Shown here: positions 1 through 9,711 of the stretch, one piece after another
Numbering within the stretch: the stretch's first letter is position 1
Layout of the letters: each line of letters opens with the position of its first letter
Source of the DNA: a virus
DNA length: 64,000 nt
Direction: 5' to 3' (one strand)
IMG/VR virus record: IMGVR_UViG_3300008448_000014
Location: 1 to 64,000 of that record
The notes under the pieces: model-generated
Databases searched by the model: none
What the model saw: only the letters and a program-made list of their open reading frames with translations
Told to the model about the DNA's origin: nothing
Translations under genes and position numbers: made by a program

Positions 1-1974
1 CTTATATTTGATGGTAAATCAAGAGGACTTGGAGAACAATTTCTTAGAAATATATCAATGGATGAGAATGAAGCTGGATATGGACAAACAAATCCTATTA
101 CAGGTGAATTAATTAATTCTGTTCCTAAATATTTTATAAATGATTTAGGTGAAGGATATTCTACAGACTTATTTAAAACAATGGTTTTATATAATGAGTA
201 TGCTATTAAGTTTAAAAATCTAACTGATATTGAAGAAAGAAGTTTACAATTATTAAGAATTGAAAGAAATAAAAAATCTATAATGACTTCTACATTTGGT
301 TCTTTACTAAAAGAAGGAGATGATTTAAAATTTAATCCTAACAATTTAGAAAACTCTAAGCTTTTAGAAGATATGATTAAATCTGTTGTATATCAACAAA
401 AGTATGTTCAAAGTGAAGTGTTTGATATGGCTCTTGGAAAAATATCTGGATTTGGTAAAAATCTTAATGAAAAATTAGGAATGAAAATATTTCCAGAAGA
501 TTTAGAAGAAAGACAATTATCAGCAAATAAATTTTTAGACGCATTAAATACACAGTTTCAAATAACTACATTAGGACTAAATCCTTTATCTGCTATTTCT
601 AACTTATTTGGAGGTACTGCAAATGGTTTAATTAATGCTGGTAAGTATTTTACAAAACTAGATTTTTTGAAAACACAAATGTGGTTTCTTACAAATAAAA
701 TGACAGGTGGAGAAGATAGACAAAAAGCACTAGCTGCTCTTGATTATTTTGTTCCTTTTGTTGAAAGTTATAATAAAAATGCTGCAAGAAAACTTTCATT
801 GAATAAATTGGATGAACAAGGTGTACAGGATTTTTTAATGTTTTTAATGCGTAATGGGGATGAAGCTATACAAGCATTAAACTTTTATACATTTTTAAAA
901 AATACAATTGTTGAAGATGGTAAAATAGTTAATGTTAGAGAATATTTAAGAAGCACTGATGAATACAAAGCTTTTTATTCTGGTACACAAGAAGAAAGAA
1001 AGACAAGATCTGATAAGTTTGAAAAAGATGTACAAGAATTATTAGATAGTAAAGGAGTATTAAAACTTGGAGAAGTTGTAGATGGAGAATTTGTTATTCC
1101 TGGTGTAGATAAAAAATCTGATTCAGTTATAGAACTTAGAAGACTTGTACAAAGTTTTACTGCAGATGCTCTTGGTTCTATGAGTGAAGAGAATAGAAGA
1201 CTTATAAATATGAATGTTTATACATCTTCTATAATGGTATTTAAAAACTGGATTCCTAGACTTGTTGATATGCGTATTGGGGATATAAAATATAATGCTG
1301 CTTCAGATGCTTATGAGTGGGGTAGAATAAGAATGATATTTAATATATTAGGAACAGATACATTAAAATCTATAAAAAGTTTACAAGCTGCAATTGGTGG
1401 TAACAATGATGTATGGTTGGAACAAGTTAGATCATTATATGAAAGAAAACAAGCAGAGTATAAAGCTAGTACAAATAAAGATCTTGAAATGACTGAAGAT
1501 GAGTTTATAGCTCTTGTAAATCAAAACATTAAAAACCAAACAGTAGACTTAGTTATTTTGTTAGGATTAATATCTTTATTAGCAGGTTTAAAAGCTGCTG
1601 CTCCTGATGATGATGAAGATGTTCTTGTTAGAAATCAATATAAGTTTCTTCTTAAAGCAACTGATAAACTAACAGATGAGCTTATGTATTTTTATAAGCC
1701 TACAACTCCTATTGATTTAATTGGAGGTAAAGGTGGTATATTTCCATCTATAGGTTTATTAAATAATTATAAAAAGTTTTTTACAAATTTTCTTTCTGAA
1801 AACTATGGTATAATAACTGATGATGAAAAAATGCAGGATGATGCTAAACCTATTAAATATTTAATGAAATCATTCCCTATATCAAGTCAAGCTGCTGGTT
1901 ATCTTCCAATGTTTTACCCAGAACTAGCAAAAGATCTAGGTATAAAAGTCCAATCTACTTATGGTGTAAGATAA
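1..1974 (+). CDS. C-terminal part of a giant crAss-like virion/cargo protein (5'-partial)
   Basis: Frame 1 is open from base 1, so the gene starts upstream of the window. Large helical protein directly before the lysis cassette; function inferred from position. Confidence 0.55.
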   Translation, partial: LIFDGKSRGLGEQFLRNISMDENEAGYGQTNPITGELINSVPKYFINDLGEGYSTDLFKTMVLYNEYAIKFKNLTDIEERSLQLLRIERNKKSIMTSTFGSLLKEGDDLKFNPNNLENSKLLEDMIKSVVYQQKYVQSEVFDMALGKISGFGKNLNEKLGMKIFPEDLEERQLSANKFLDALNTQFQITTLGLNPLSAISNLFGGTANGLINAGKYFTKLDFLKTQMWFLTNKMTGGEDRQKALAALDYFVPFVESYNKNAARKLSLNKLDEQGVQDFLMFLMRNGDEAIQALNFYTFLKNTIVEDGKIVNVREYLRSTDEYKAFYSGTQEERKTRSDKFEKDVQELLDSKGVLKLGEVVDGEFVIPGVDKKSDSVIELRRLVQSFTADALGSMSEENRRLINMNVYTSSIMVFKNWIPRLVDMRIGDIKYNAASDAYEWGRIRMIFNILGTDTLKSIKSLQAAIGGNNDVWLEQVRSLYERKQAEYKASTNKDLEMTEDEFIALVNQNIKNQTVDLVILLGLISLLAGLKAAAPDDDEDVLVRNQYKFLLKATDKLTDELMYFYKPTTPIDLIGGKGGIFPSIGLLNNYKKFFTNFLSENYGIITDDEKMQDDAKPIKYLMKSFPISSQAAGYLPMFYPELAKDLGIKVQSTYGVR

Positions 1975-2064
1975 TAACTAAAAAAGTTAATAAAATAAAT
2001 AATGTTTATGCTATATTATGTATAAAAAGTTGTATGTAGTATAGCATAATATTATTTAAAACAA

Positions 2065-2072
2065 TATATTTG
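2065..2072 (+). promoter_or_regulatory. Bacteroidota-type -7 promoter element (TATATTTG) before the lysis cassette
   Basis: Matches TAnnTTTG in an intergenic gap; preceded by an imperfect inverted repeat at 2006-2049. Confidence 0.55.
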
Positions 2073-2129
2073 TTGTTTATAAGGGAGAGAAATTAACATA
2101 TATGTAAACTTTAAAAAATTAATACAAAA

Positions 2130-2417
2130 ATGCCAGATTCTTCTCAAAGTCAATCAAAAATAATAGGAACAATAAAAGAATTCTTAGCTCCTATACTACT
2201 ATCAATAGTAGGTCTTTTCATCTGGAGAGATATATCAGAGATGAGATCAGATGTTAAACTTCTCCTTGTACAACAAAGTGCTGATAGAGTTAAAATAGAA
2301 AATATGGAAAGTGATATAGCTATGTTAAAATCTGTTGTTTTACAACCAGGTAAAGTAAAAGATGGTACATATGTTGTACAACCAGCCAAAAAAGAAGATG
2401 AACTTGAAATAAAATAA
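2130..2417 (+). CDS. holin/antiholin-like membrane protein
   Basis: Single TM helix (FLAPILLSIVGLFIW) plus coiled coil, upstream of the endolysin. Confidence 0.45.
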   Translation: MPDSSQSQSKIIGTIKEFLAPILLSIVGLFIWRDISEMRSDVKLLLVQQSADRVKIENMESDIAMLKSVVLQPGKVKDGTYVVQPAKKEDELEIK

Positions 2418-2419
2418 TT

Positions 2420-2644
2420 ATGAAAGACAATGTAATTTATAATTGGATAAAAAATAATATACTACCAATAGTATTAGTAATAGGTGGTATTATAGACCAA
2501 ACAACTGATTTATTAGTACAATTGTTATCAGAAGTTAATGCACCTGCTTGGGTGGGTACATTATTAAGAATTATTATTATATCTATAGGAGCATTTAAAC
2601 TTTATTATACTGAATCAAGTAATGCTATTAAAAAACAAAAATAA
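2420..2644 (+). CDS. putative holin
   Basis: 74 aa, two hydrophobic segments, basic C-terminus, in the lysis cassette. Confidence 0.5.
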   Translation: MKDNVIYNWIKNNILPIVLVIGGIIDQTTDLLVQLLSEVNAPAWVGTLLRIIIISIGAFKLYYTESSNAIKKQK

Positions 2645-3248
2645 AATTAGTTATTTAATAATAATAGTTTTAGTTATTATTATTCTAATACAAAGATCTT
2701 GTACAGGACCATCTATTATAAATAATGATCCTCAGATATCTGTAAAAATAGATACAGTATATAAATATATTACTGACACTATTACTAAAACTGTAAAGTT
2801 AAAATCAGTTGTTTATGTAAAACCAGATGGTCCTCAATACTATCCAGGTGAGACTATTGATACATGTAAACAAAGATTCCAAAACTTATTAAAAGAACAT
2901 ATTGCTAAGAAAGTATATAAAGACACTTTAAAACTAGATAGTCTTGGAACTATAACAGTTATAGATACAGTGTGGATTAATAAATTATATGGTAAGAGAA
3001 CATATATACAAGATATTAAAATACCAACTGTTACAAAAACAGTTACAATTACTAAAACAGAAGATCCTAAAAGACAATTATATATAGGAGGTAATTTGTT
3101 TGGAGATAAATCACAATTACAATTAGTAACTCCAGGGATTCTATATAAAACTAAAAAAGACCATATATATCAAGTTAACCTAGGAGTAAATTTTGATGGT
3201 TCTATTACATATGGATTAGGACTATATTATAAAATCAAACTAAAATAA
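2622..3248 (+). CDS. spanin-like membrane-anchored protein
   Basis: N-terminal TM, DTV/DTI-rich stalk, C-terminal amphipathic beta strands (YGLGLYYKI), next to the endolysin. Confidence 0.55.
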   Translation: MLLKNKNKISYLIIIVLVIIILIQRSCTGPSIINNDPQISVKIDTVYKYITDTITKTVKLKSVVYVKPDGPQYYPGETIDTCKQRFQNLLKEHIAKKVYKDTLKLDSLGTITVIDTVWINKLYGKRTYIQDIKIPTVTKTVTITKTEDPKRQLYIGGNLFGDKSQLQLVTPGILYKTKKDHIYQVNLGVNFDGSITYGLGLYYKIKLK

Positions 3249-3254
3249 TAACCA

Positions 3255-3674
3255 ATGGTAACAAGTGCACAATGTTTAAAAAAATATGGTGATCCTACAA
3301 AAGAATCTAACATGATTTTATGGGATGTACCAACTGAATTAGAAATAGGAGTTATACCTAAAAGATTATATTGTAATAAAGACTTAATTGCTCCACTTAC
3401 AAAAGCATTTAAAAATCTTATAGATACAGGATTTGTAAAAGAATTAAAAACCTGGGATGGATGTTTCAATATCAGAAAGAAAAGAGGTTTAAAAAGCATG
3501 TCATTACATTCATGGGGAATTGCCATTGATGTAAATGCTGCATGGAATGGATTAGGGAAAACTCCACAACTATCTGCAGGATTTGTAAAATGTTTTACAG
3601 ATGCTGGGTTTGATTGGGGTGGAAATTGGACAAATAGACCTGACGGAATGCATTTTCAACTAAATAAAATATAA
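3255..3674 (+). CDS. endolysin, M15 family peptidase
   Basis: SLHSWGIAIDVN (SxHxxGxAxD) and DGMHFQ motifs. Confidence 0.9.
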   Translation: MVTSAQCLKKYGDPTKESNMILWDVPTELEIGVIPKRLYCNKDLIAPLTKAFKNLIDTGFVKELKTWDGCFNIRKKRGLKSMSLHSWGIAIDVNAAWNGLGKTPQLSAGFVKCFTDAGFDWGGNWTNRPDGMHFQLNKI

Positions 3675-3811
3675 TGGCAAAGATAACCAACACAGTAGAA
3701 AAAATAGCTAAACCAAAGGTTAAACGTCCTGGTGTTCATGCTAAATCAAAAACTTCTAAATTAAAAACTAGTAAGTTATATAAGAAAGCTTATAATTCTC
3801 AAGGTAGATAA
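3674..3811 (+). CDS. small basic protein (45 aa, MAKITNTVEK...NSQGR), not in ORF track
   Basis: TAATG overlaps with both neighbouring genes; Lys-rich. Confidence 0.7.
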   Translation: MAKITNTVEKIAKPKVKRPGVHAKSKTSKLKTSKLYKKAYNSQGR

Positions 3812-4113
3812 TGGAAATCATATTTCAAGGTAATGTAGCAACAGATGGTAGTACAAAAATAACTTGTACATCTACTTCTATGGTTGTAAATGAAATTATT
3901 ATAAATAATATAGATAATAATTACAATATTACTATGAATAGGTTTATGACAGGAGAAGGAATACACCTTATACCTATATATGAATTTGCTTTAGATCTTG
4001 GAGATACAGTAAGAGACACTGAAGGATACACACTAAATCAAGGTAATTTTTTACAACTAATAACTAATGTAATAGGTACAACTTATTATATTAGTGCAAC
4101 AGAAACAGACTAA
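3811..4113 (+). CDS. small beta-rich structural protein
   Basis: Coupled ORF upstream of the fibre gene. Confidence 0.45.
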   Translation: MEIIFQGNVATDGSTKITCTSTSMVVNEIIINNIDNNYNITMNRFMTGEGIHLIPIYEFALDLGDTVRDTEGYTLNQGNFLQLITNVIGTTYYISATETD

Positions 4114-5274
4114 ATGTTACAGATATATAATAAATATGGACAGTTAAAAGTTGTTTCTTCTACATCAAGCACTGGTGTATCTTCTGTTTCAGGAGTTTCT
4201 CCTATCACCTCTACAGGAGGAACAAATCCTATTATTAGTACATTGGTAACTCCTAATAAATTATTAGGAAGATATAGTGCTAGCACTGGACCAATGCAAG
4301 AAATTATAATTGGAAGTGGATTATCTTTAGTTGGTAACACTCTTACCTCTACAAGTGCTGTTACACCAAACGCATTAACAAAAGTTGATGATACTAATGT
4401 TACATTAACATTGGGAGGAAATCCATCAACAGCTTTATTACAAAATGTGTCATTAACATTAGGATGGACAGGGACTTTAGCAGATAGTAGAATAACATCA
4501 GCTAGTACATGGAATGCTAAACAAGATGCAATTTCTTTAACTACATTAGGAACTTCAGGTCCAGCTACATTTATTTCTAATGTATTAAATATTCCACAAT
4601 ATACAGAGGTTTTTACTGGAACAGTTACATCTGTAGCAGCATTGACATTAGGTACTACAGGTACAGATTTATCATCAAGTGTTGTAAATAGTACAACAAC
4701 TCCTGTAATAACTTTAAATGTTCCTACAGCTAGTGCTACAAACAGAGGAGCTTTAAGTAGTACAGATTGGACTATATTTAACAATAAGCAAAATAATTTA
4801 GGCTATACGCCACCTCAAACTTGGTACAGGGGATTAGATGGTGTTACTGTTGCAAATACTCTAACAATTACTCCAACTTATACTCAATTAATACCAGCTA
4901 ATACATTTGCATCTGGTGATGTAGTTGAATTATTATTTAGAAGTACAGCACCTGGAGCTAAAACATCAGCTTCAAGTATTTATGTCTACATAAACACTAC
5001 TAACAATTTGAGTGGAACTCCAATTCAAGTTGGTATTTTAACAGGTGGTGCAACAACAAGAACTATTCAAATAGAAAGAGCTTTAGCTATAAAAGGAGCA
5101 ACAACAAGAGTTATAAATTCAGCTGGTACAACTGCAACTGATACTGGAATAAGTGCCGCAATGTCAACACTTACGATTGATTGGACAGTAAACCAATTCT
5201 TTGTCTTTGCAATAGGACATACAGTTGCTGACCAAACACTAACAGGAGATTTTTACAGAATAACAAAAAATTAA
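4114..5274 (+). CDS. tail/head fibre protein
   Basis: Thr/Ser/Gly-rich fibre repeats (GTVTSV, WNAKQD, FNNKQ) and a beta-rich C-terminal domain. Confidence 0.7.
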   Translation: MLQIYNKYGQLKVVSSTSSTGVSSVSGVSPITSTGGTNPIISTLVTPNKLLGRYSASTGPMQEIIIGSGLSLVGNTLTSTSAVTPNALTKVDDTNVTLTLGGNPSTALLQNVSLTLGWTGTLADSRITSASTWNAKQDAISLTTLGTSGPATFISNVLNIPQYTEVFTGTVTSVAALTLGTTGTDLSSSVVNSTTTPVITLNVPTASATNRGALSSTDWTIFNNKQNNLGYTPPQTWYRGLDGVTVANTLTITPTYTQLIPANTFASGDVVELLFRSTAPGAKTSASSIYVYINTTNNLSGTPIQVGILTGGATTRTIQIERALAIKGATTRVINSAGTTATDTGISAAMSTLTIDWTVNQFFVFAIGHTVADQTLTGDFYRITKN

Positions 5275-5280
5275 AAAGAT

Positions 5281-5436
5281 ATGAACATAACAAGAGAATT
5301 TTTAGAAAATGGATACATTATTCATAATGATACACAAGTAAGTGTAGAAGTTGACGGTCAAGTTATTTTATATACAGTTGAAAATACTCAACAATTTATA
5401 AAACAATTAGAACAAAATAACAATATAAACAAATAA
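5281..5436 (+). CDS. small hypothetical protein (51 aa), not in ORF track
   Basis: ATG..TAA frame directly after the fibre gene. Confidence 0.5.
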   Translation: MNITREFLENGYIIHNDTQVSVEVDGQVILYTVENTQQFIKQLEQNNNINK

Positions 5437-5452
5437 TATTAAAAATTATATT

Positions 5453-5460
5453 TACATTTG
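5453..5460 (+). promoter_or_regulatory. -7 promoter element TACATTTG
   Basis: TAnnTTTG match 24 nt upstream of ATG 5484. Confidence 0.55.
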
Positions 5461-5483
5461 TAAAACTTAAAATATTAAAAATC

Positions 5484-6134
5484 ATGGCAATACCATCTAG
5501 ACAAATAGGTTGGAGTACAGAATCAAACCTATTATGGCAAATATTAAAACAACTCACTAGACTAACCTCTACATTATTTAGTTTAAAAGAAGCAGCTACA
5601 CCTAAATATAAAGTGTATACAGCTTTATTAACACAGAGTGGTGGAGATAATATCTTACCAATTAATACAGGAGACCTAACAATAGGCGTAACATATTTGA
5701 TAAATGATTCTTCTGTAGGAATGGATTTTACTAATGTAGGTGCTCCTAATAATGATTCGGGAACATATTTTGTTGCTACAGGAACTACACCTAATAGTTG
5801 GGGAATAGATGAAGGAGGACCTGGTATTTTATTATACAATACAGGGGCTCCAGTAGTAACAGTATTAGAAAACACTATTGGGAATATTTGGTTTACTTAT
5901 CAAGATGTTGGAAACTATATTGTTAATTCTAATGGTTTATTTACTGCTAATAAAACTATACCACAAATGCTCCCTGAGGGATATACAGAAGACTCTGAAA
6001 ATATATATAGTTATGAATGTTTTCCTACAGATACTAATAGTATTGGAATAAGAACACTTAGTAAATCAGTTTCTACAGACAATTTATTAGGAGCTTATGC
6101 CCAAAATGCAATAGAAATAAAAGTTTATAACTAA
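5484..6134 (+). CDS. modular virion decoration/fibre-like protein (RQIGWS module plus YKVYTALL...IEIKVYN domain)
   Basis: Shares modules with the ORFs at 6152 and 7341. Confidence 0.5.
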   Translation: MAIPSRQIGWSTESNLLWQILKQLTRLTSTLFSLKEAATPKYKVYTALLTQSGGDNILPINTGDLTIGVTYLINDSSVGMDFTNVGAPNNDSGTYFVATGTTPNSWGIDEGGPGILLYNTGAPVVTVLENTIGNIWFTYQDVGNYIVNSNGLFTANKTIPQMLPEGYTEDSENIYSYECFPTDTNSIGIRTLSKSVSTDNLLGAYAQNAIEIKVYN

Positions 6135-6151
6135 TAAATATAAAAGAAAAA

Positions 6152-6295
6152 ATGAGTATAGGCAATAGACAAATAGGTTGGTCTCAAGAGAGTAATCTTC
6201 TTTGGGAAATTTCAAAACAGCTTGATAGAGCAATATCAGTGTTATGCACAGGACCATGTTCTACAACTACAACTACCTCCACTATAGCAATTTAA
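6152..6295 (+). CDS. 47-aa protein: RQIGWS module plus poly-Thr tail, not in ORF track
   Basis: MSIGNRQIGWSQESNLLWEISKQL...CTGPCSTTTTTSTIAI; N-terminus paralogous to 5484. Confidence 0.8.
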   Translation: MSIGNRQIGWSQESNLLWEISKQLDRAISVLCTGPCSTTTTTSTIAI

Positions 6296-6320
6296 TAAAA
6301 AACAATAAACCAACTACATA

Positions 6321-7334
6321 ATGAAACCAATATTCATCACAGCTCAACCTACAGATAGTTATTTTGTATGGCAAAATCATATGTATATAGAATCTTGTTT
6401 AGCTCAAGGAATTGAACAAGAACAAATACATATTCTATTATACAATCCTATAGGAAGACCTTATAATACCAACTGGGATAAATTAAAAGAATGTTACCCA
6501 AAATTAAATATATTTGTATATCAAGATAAAGGAGTTCAAAAGTTTTTAGGAACTTATATCCCTATATTAAGACCACATATTCTTTGGCAACATTTTGAAG
6601 CTTTTCCAGAATTACAAGATAAAACAATAGTATACACTGACTGTGATATTCTTTGGACAGATAACATGAACATTAATCAGTTATTAGAAGATAACATAAA
6701 TTATGTTAGTGATGCTAGTTCTTATTTAAATAATTCTTATTTTGAAAGTAAAGTAAAAGATGTACTTCCTGATAAGTTAGAACAATATAAAAACAGAGAT
6801 GTAGTAAAAGAACTTTGTACAATAACAGGAATAGATAAACAAACTGTATTAGACAATAATTCAAATACAGGTGGTGTACAATATATATTAAAAAACATTA
6901 ATTCTGATTTTTGGAAAAAAGTGGAAAAAGATGTTCTTCTTATTAGAACACATTTATTGAATTTCAATAGAGAGTTTTTTAAAGATGAAAATAGTGGCAT
7001 ACAATCATGGTGTGCAGATTTATGGGCAGTGCAATACAATCTTTGGTATTTTAACAAAGAGAGTAGAACAACTAAAGAATTAGATTTTGCATGGAGTACA
7101 GATCCTATAAGTAAATTAGAATCATATCCTATTCTTCATAATGCAGGAATAGTTTCTGAAACAGGAAATGGTTACCCAGCTTTCTATAAAGGAAAATATC
7201 ATATGGGAGTTGATCCAACAAAAGATGCTAACCTAGATGTTATTCTTAATAATGAACAATCAAAAAAATATTGTACATGGTTCTATGCTACAAAATTGAA
7301 TGAAATTAAAAATAAATATAAACTTAATTATTAA
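6321..7334 (+). CDS. GT-A glycosyltransferase resembling HPAT/SRGT1 protein O-glycosyltransferases
   Basis: DCD (DxD) motif with YFVWQ, LRPHIL, GGVQY and WCADLWA in the same order as SRGT1/HPAT motifs (recalled, not searched). Confidence 0.65.
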   Translation: MKPIFITAQPTDSYFVWQNHMYIESCLAQGIEQEQIHILLYNPIGRPYNTNWDKLKECYPKLNIFVYQDKGVQKFLGTYIPILRPHILWQHFEAFPELQDKTIVYTDCDILWTDNMNINQLLEDNINYVSDASSYLNNSYFESKVKDVLPDKLEQYKNRDVVKELCTITGIDKQTVLDNNSNTGGVQYILKNINSDFWKKVEKDVLLIRTHLLNFNREFFKDENSGIQSWCADLWAVQYNLWYFNKESRTTKELDFAWSTDPISKLESYPILHNAGIVSETGNGYPAFYKGKYHMGVDPTKDANLDVILNNEQSKKYCTWFYATKLNEIKNKYKLNY

Positions 7335-7340
7335 AATATT

Positions 7341-7817
7341 ATGCCTACATTTATAAAAGCTGGATTTTGGAATAAAAAAAAATATAAGTTAAATGGAGAA
7401 TTAGATCTTGATAGATTAATAGAAACATTTATTTCTTCATCAACTACTACTACAACTACAACCCAACCTCCTTATAAGGTTTATACTGCTTTGTTATCTC
7501 AAAATGGAACTGCATTATCTCCTCCAACAGCAATTGAACTAGAAAACACTTTAGGGTTTTCTCCTGCTTGGTTTGCACAGAGTGTAGGACAGTATTTTAC
7601 TCAAAATGTAGAGTTCGATGCTTCTTATTTAGATAAAGTAACTGTAATTGTAACTCCTATAAATAGATCTGGAAAAAGTATTAATTTAGAAGCTTATGCT
7701 AATATTCAAACTAATGGTATTTGGCTTATGTCAAAAAATGGAACATCTTTTGAAGATGGATTGTTGTCAAATGGTCCAAACGTAAAAACAACTCTTGAAA
7801 TAAGAGTATATAATTAA
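7341..7817 (+). CDS. modular protein: TFIKxGFW module, poly-Thr linker, YKVYTALL...LEIRVYN domain
   Basis: Direct sequence comparison with 5484 and 8776. Confidence 0.55.
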   Translation: MPTFIKAGFWNKKKYKLNGELDLDRLIETFISSSTTTTTTTQPPYKVYTALLSQNGTALSPPTAIELENTLGFSPAWFAQSVGQYFTQNVEFDASYLDKVTVIVTPINRSGKSINLEAYANIQTNGIWLMSKNGTSFEDGLLSNGPNVKTTLEIRVYN

Positions 7818-7846
7818 ACAAATATTAACTATTAAATATAAATAAA

Positions 7847-8056
7847 ATGACACCAAACAAACGTGACTTAAAAGCGTATGTACGCTTTGATGGTTCAGGA
7901 AGAGTAGTTCCTGGAAGCTTAGTACTTAGACGTAATAAACCTAAAGTAGGTAAATGGCAAGAGATTATTGGATATGAGTGTTGTAATCCTACAACAACAT
8001 CAACAACAACTCTAGCACCAACCACTACAACAACAACAACAACTTTAGCTCTTTAA
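7847..8056 (+). CDS. small protein with C-terminal poly-Thr tail
   Basis: ...ECCNPTTTSTTTLAPTTTTTTTLAL. Confidence 0.7.
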   Translation: MTPNKRDLKAYVRFDGSGRVVPGSLVLRRNKPKVGKWQEIIGYECCNPTTTSTTTLAPTTTTTTTTLAL

Positions 8057-8073
8057 TTTTAAAAGCATACAAC

Positions 8074-8490
8074 ATGGCACTAAAATCCATATTTCCAGAA
8101 GAAATGATGGAATCAAAAGGAAGTTCTAGTATGACACTAGAAAGTATAGCTGGTAAGCTAACATATTTTCATGAACAATTACATTTGTTACATTGGCAAA
8201 CAAGAGTGTATGCAGAACATCAAGCTTTAGGAGGATTGTATGATTATGTACATGATTTTAAAGATGGTGTTATAGAGAAACTTATGGGATATACAGGTAA
8301 AAGACCTGGTGTATTTAAAATAGATCCTCTTACAAACTGTACAGCTATGTCTTGTGTAGAAGCTCTTTGCAATTTTGCAAGTGAATTAAAAGCATATGGT
8401 GATGCAAATAGTTATCATGATATTGGAAATTTAGCAGATGCATTATCAGGTGAATCTGCAAAGGTAAAATATCTATTAACATTATCATAA
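8074..8490 (+). CDS. ferritin/Dps-like four-helix protein (DUF5856-like)
   Basis: LHLLHWQT...AEHQALGGLYD...D..IE...KYLLTL pattern. Confidence 0.7.
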   Translation: MALKSIFPEEMMESKGSSSMTLESIAGKLTYFHEQLHLLHWQTRVYAEHQALGGLYDYVHDFKDGVIEKLMGYTGKRPGVFKIDPLTNCTAMSCVEALCNFASELKAYGDANSYHDIGNLADALSGESAKVKYLLTLS

Positions 8491-8774
8491 TGAATATAAA
8501 CAGAAAACATTTTCCTAAAGTGATGCAAGATAATGATGAAATTTTTTTTGCATCACTAATAGGAGTAATAGAATCTGTAGATGAATTATGTAGTTTAGAG
8601 ATTACAAAAAACAATGATAATTATAGATTTAGAATAGCAGCAAGTCTTCCTATGTATAACAATATGCTTATAGAAGAAATATTAAAGTTCTGTAATCTAT
8701 TCCATATCAAACTTGATATGAGCAAGAGTATTAAAACAACAAGCGTTATTACATTTGATATAAATTTAGAATAA
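8490..8774 (+). CDS. hypothetical protein
   Basis: Coupled ORF. Confidence 0.6.
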   Translation: MNINRKHFPKVMQDNDEIFFASLIGVIESVDELCSLEITKNNDNYRFRIAASLPMYNNMLIEEILKFCNLFHIKLDMSKSIKTTSVITFDINLE

Positions 8775-8775
8775 C

Positions 8776-9426
8776 ATGGCAACATTTATAAAAGTTGGTT
8801 TCTGGGAACAACTATGTAAACCTTGTAAAGGATATAAGGGATGGCTTAATCTTGATGATTTTGTAAATTCAAGAGTGGTTCCAGGTCCTCCTGGTCCTCA
8901 AGGTCCTGCTGGTCCTTCTGATGGGCTATTTGCTCAAACAGGAAACTCAACAATTGTAACAGGTATTACTGAAAGCACATTAATAAATGGTGGTGTAGGA
9001 ACTTTATCTATACCTGCAAATGGATTTCAAGTAGGAGATAGTTTTAGAGCTGTTTTTGGTGGTGTTATGAATGCTGTAAATAACCAAACTATTAGAATAA
9101 GAGTTAAAGCAGGAGCTATTACATTATTAGATAGTGGTGTACAAAACTTAGGTAGTAGTGTTATAAATGATATTTGGAGTTTAAATATTGATTTTACAAT
9201 TAGACAAATTGGATTACCAGGTGTAGCATCTATTGTTTCATTAGGTAATTTTCATTATACAAAAACTAACAATGCTTCTGTACAAGGTTTTGGATTTAAT
9301 ACTGTAAACAATACAACATTTAGTACAACAATTAATAATACATTAGATGTTACAGTACAATGGGGATCTGCTAATGCAGGAAATAACATTTACAGTGATA
9401 TATTTATATTGAACAAAACATATTAA
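8776..9426 (+). CDS. fibre-like protein: TFIKxGFW module, short collagen GPP/GPQ repeat, beta-rich domain
   Basis: PGPPGPQGPAGP; N-terminus shared with 7341. Confidence 0.6.
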   Translation: MATFIKVGFWEQLCKPCKGYKGWLNLDDFVNSRVVPGPPGPQGPAGPSDGLFAQTGNSTIVTGITESTLINGGVGTLSIPANGFQVGDSFRAVFGGVMNAVNNQTIRIRVKAGAITLLDSGVQNLGSSVINDIWSLNIDFTIRQIGLPGVASIVSLGNFHYTKTNNASVQGFGFNTVNNTTFSTTINNTLDVTVQWGSANAGNNIYSDIFILNKTY

Positions 9427-9492
9427 ATTATTATTTGTATATATAAAAAACATTATATACATTTACTGTTAATTTTAAAACCAATTTATATT

Positions 9493-9711
9493 ATGTCAAA
9501 TTATGACCCAAACAAGAAATATTCTTGGACACCTGAAGACAAATTTGAATTATCTGGAAGAGATTTTGGATTAATTCTAAACACATTAAGAGCTATATTA
9601 GCTAAACCAGAATCTCAAGAAGTGTTATTAGCTCATCAAGCTTCTAATACATTAGAAGGCATTTTAGCTCAAGCTGTAGAAGCAGGAATTGCTAAAGAAT
9701 CAACAGAATAA
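9493..9711 (+). CDS. hypothetical protein
   Basis: ORF on the local coding strand. Confidence 0.6.
   Translation: MSNYDPNKKYSWTPEDKFELSGRDFGLILNTLRAILAKPESQEVLLAHQASNTLEGILAQAVEAGIAKESTE

Noticed and set aside
7988-8045. ACA trinucleotide run as a microsatellite or contingency locus
   Set aside because: It is in-frame poly-Thr coding with mixed codons; treated under the glycosylation finding.
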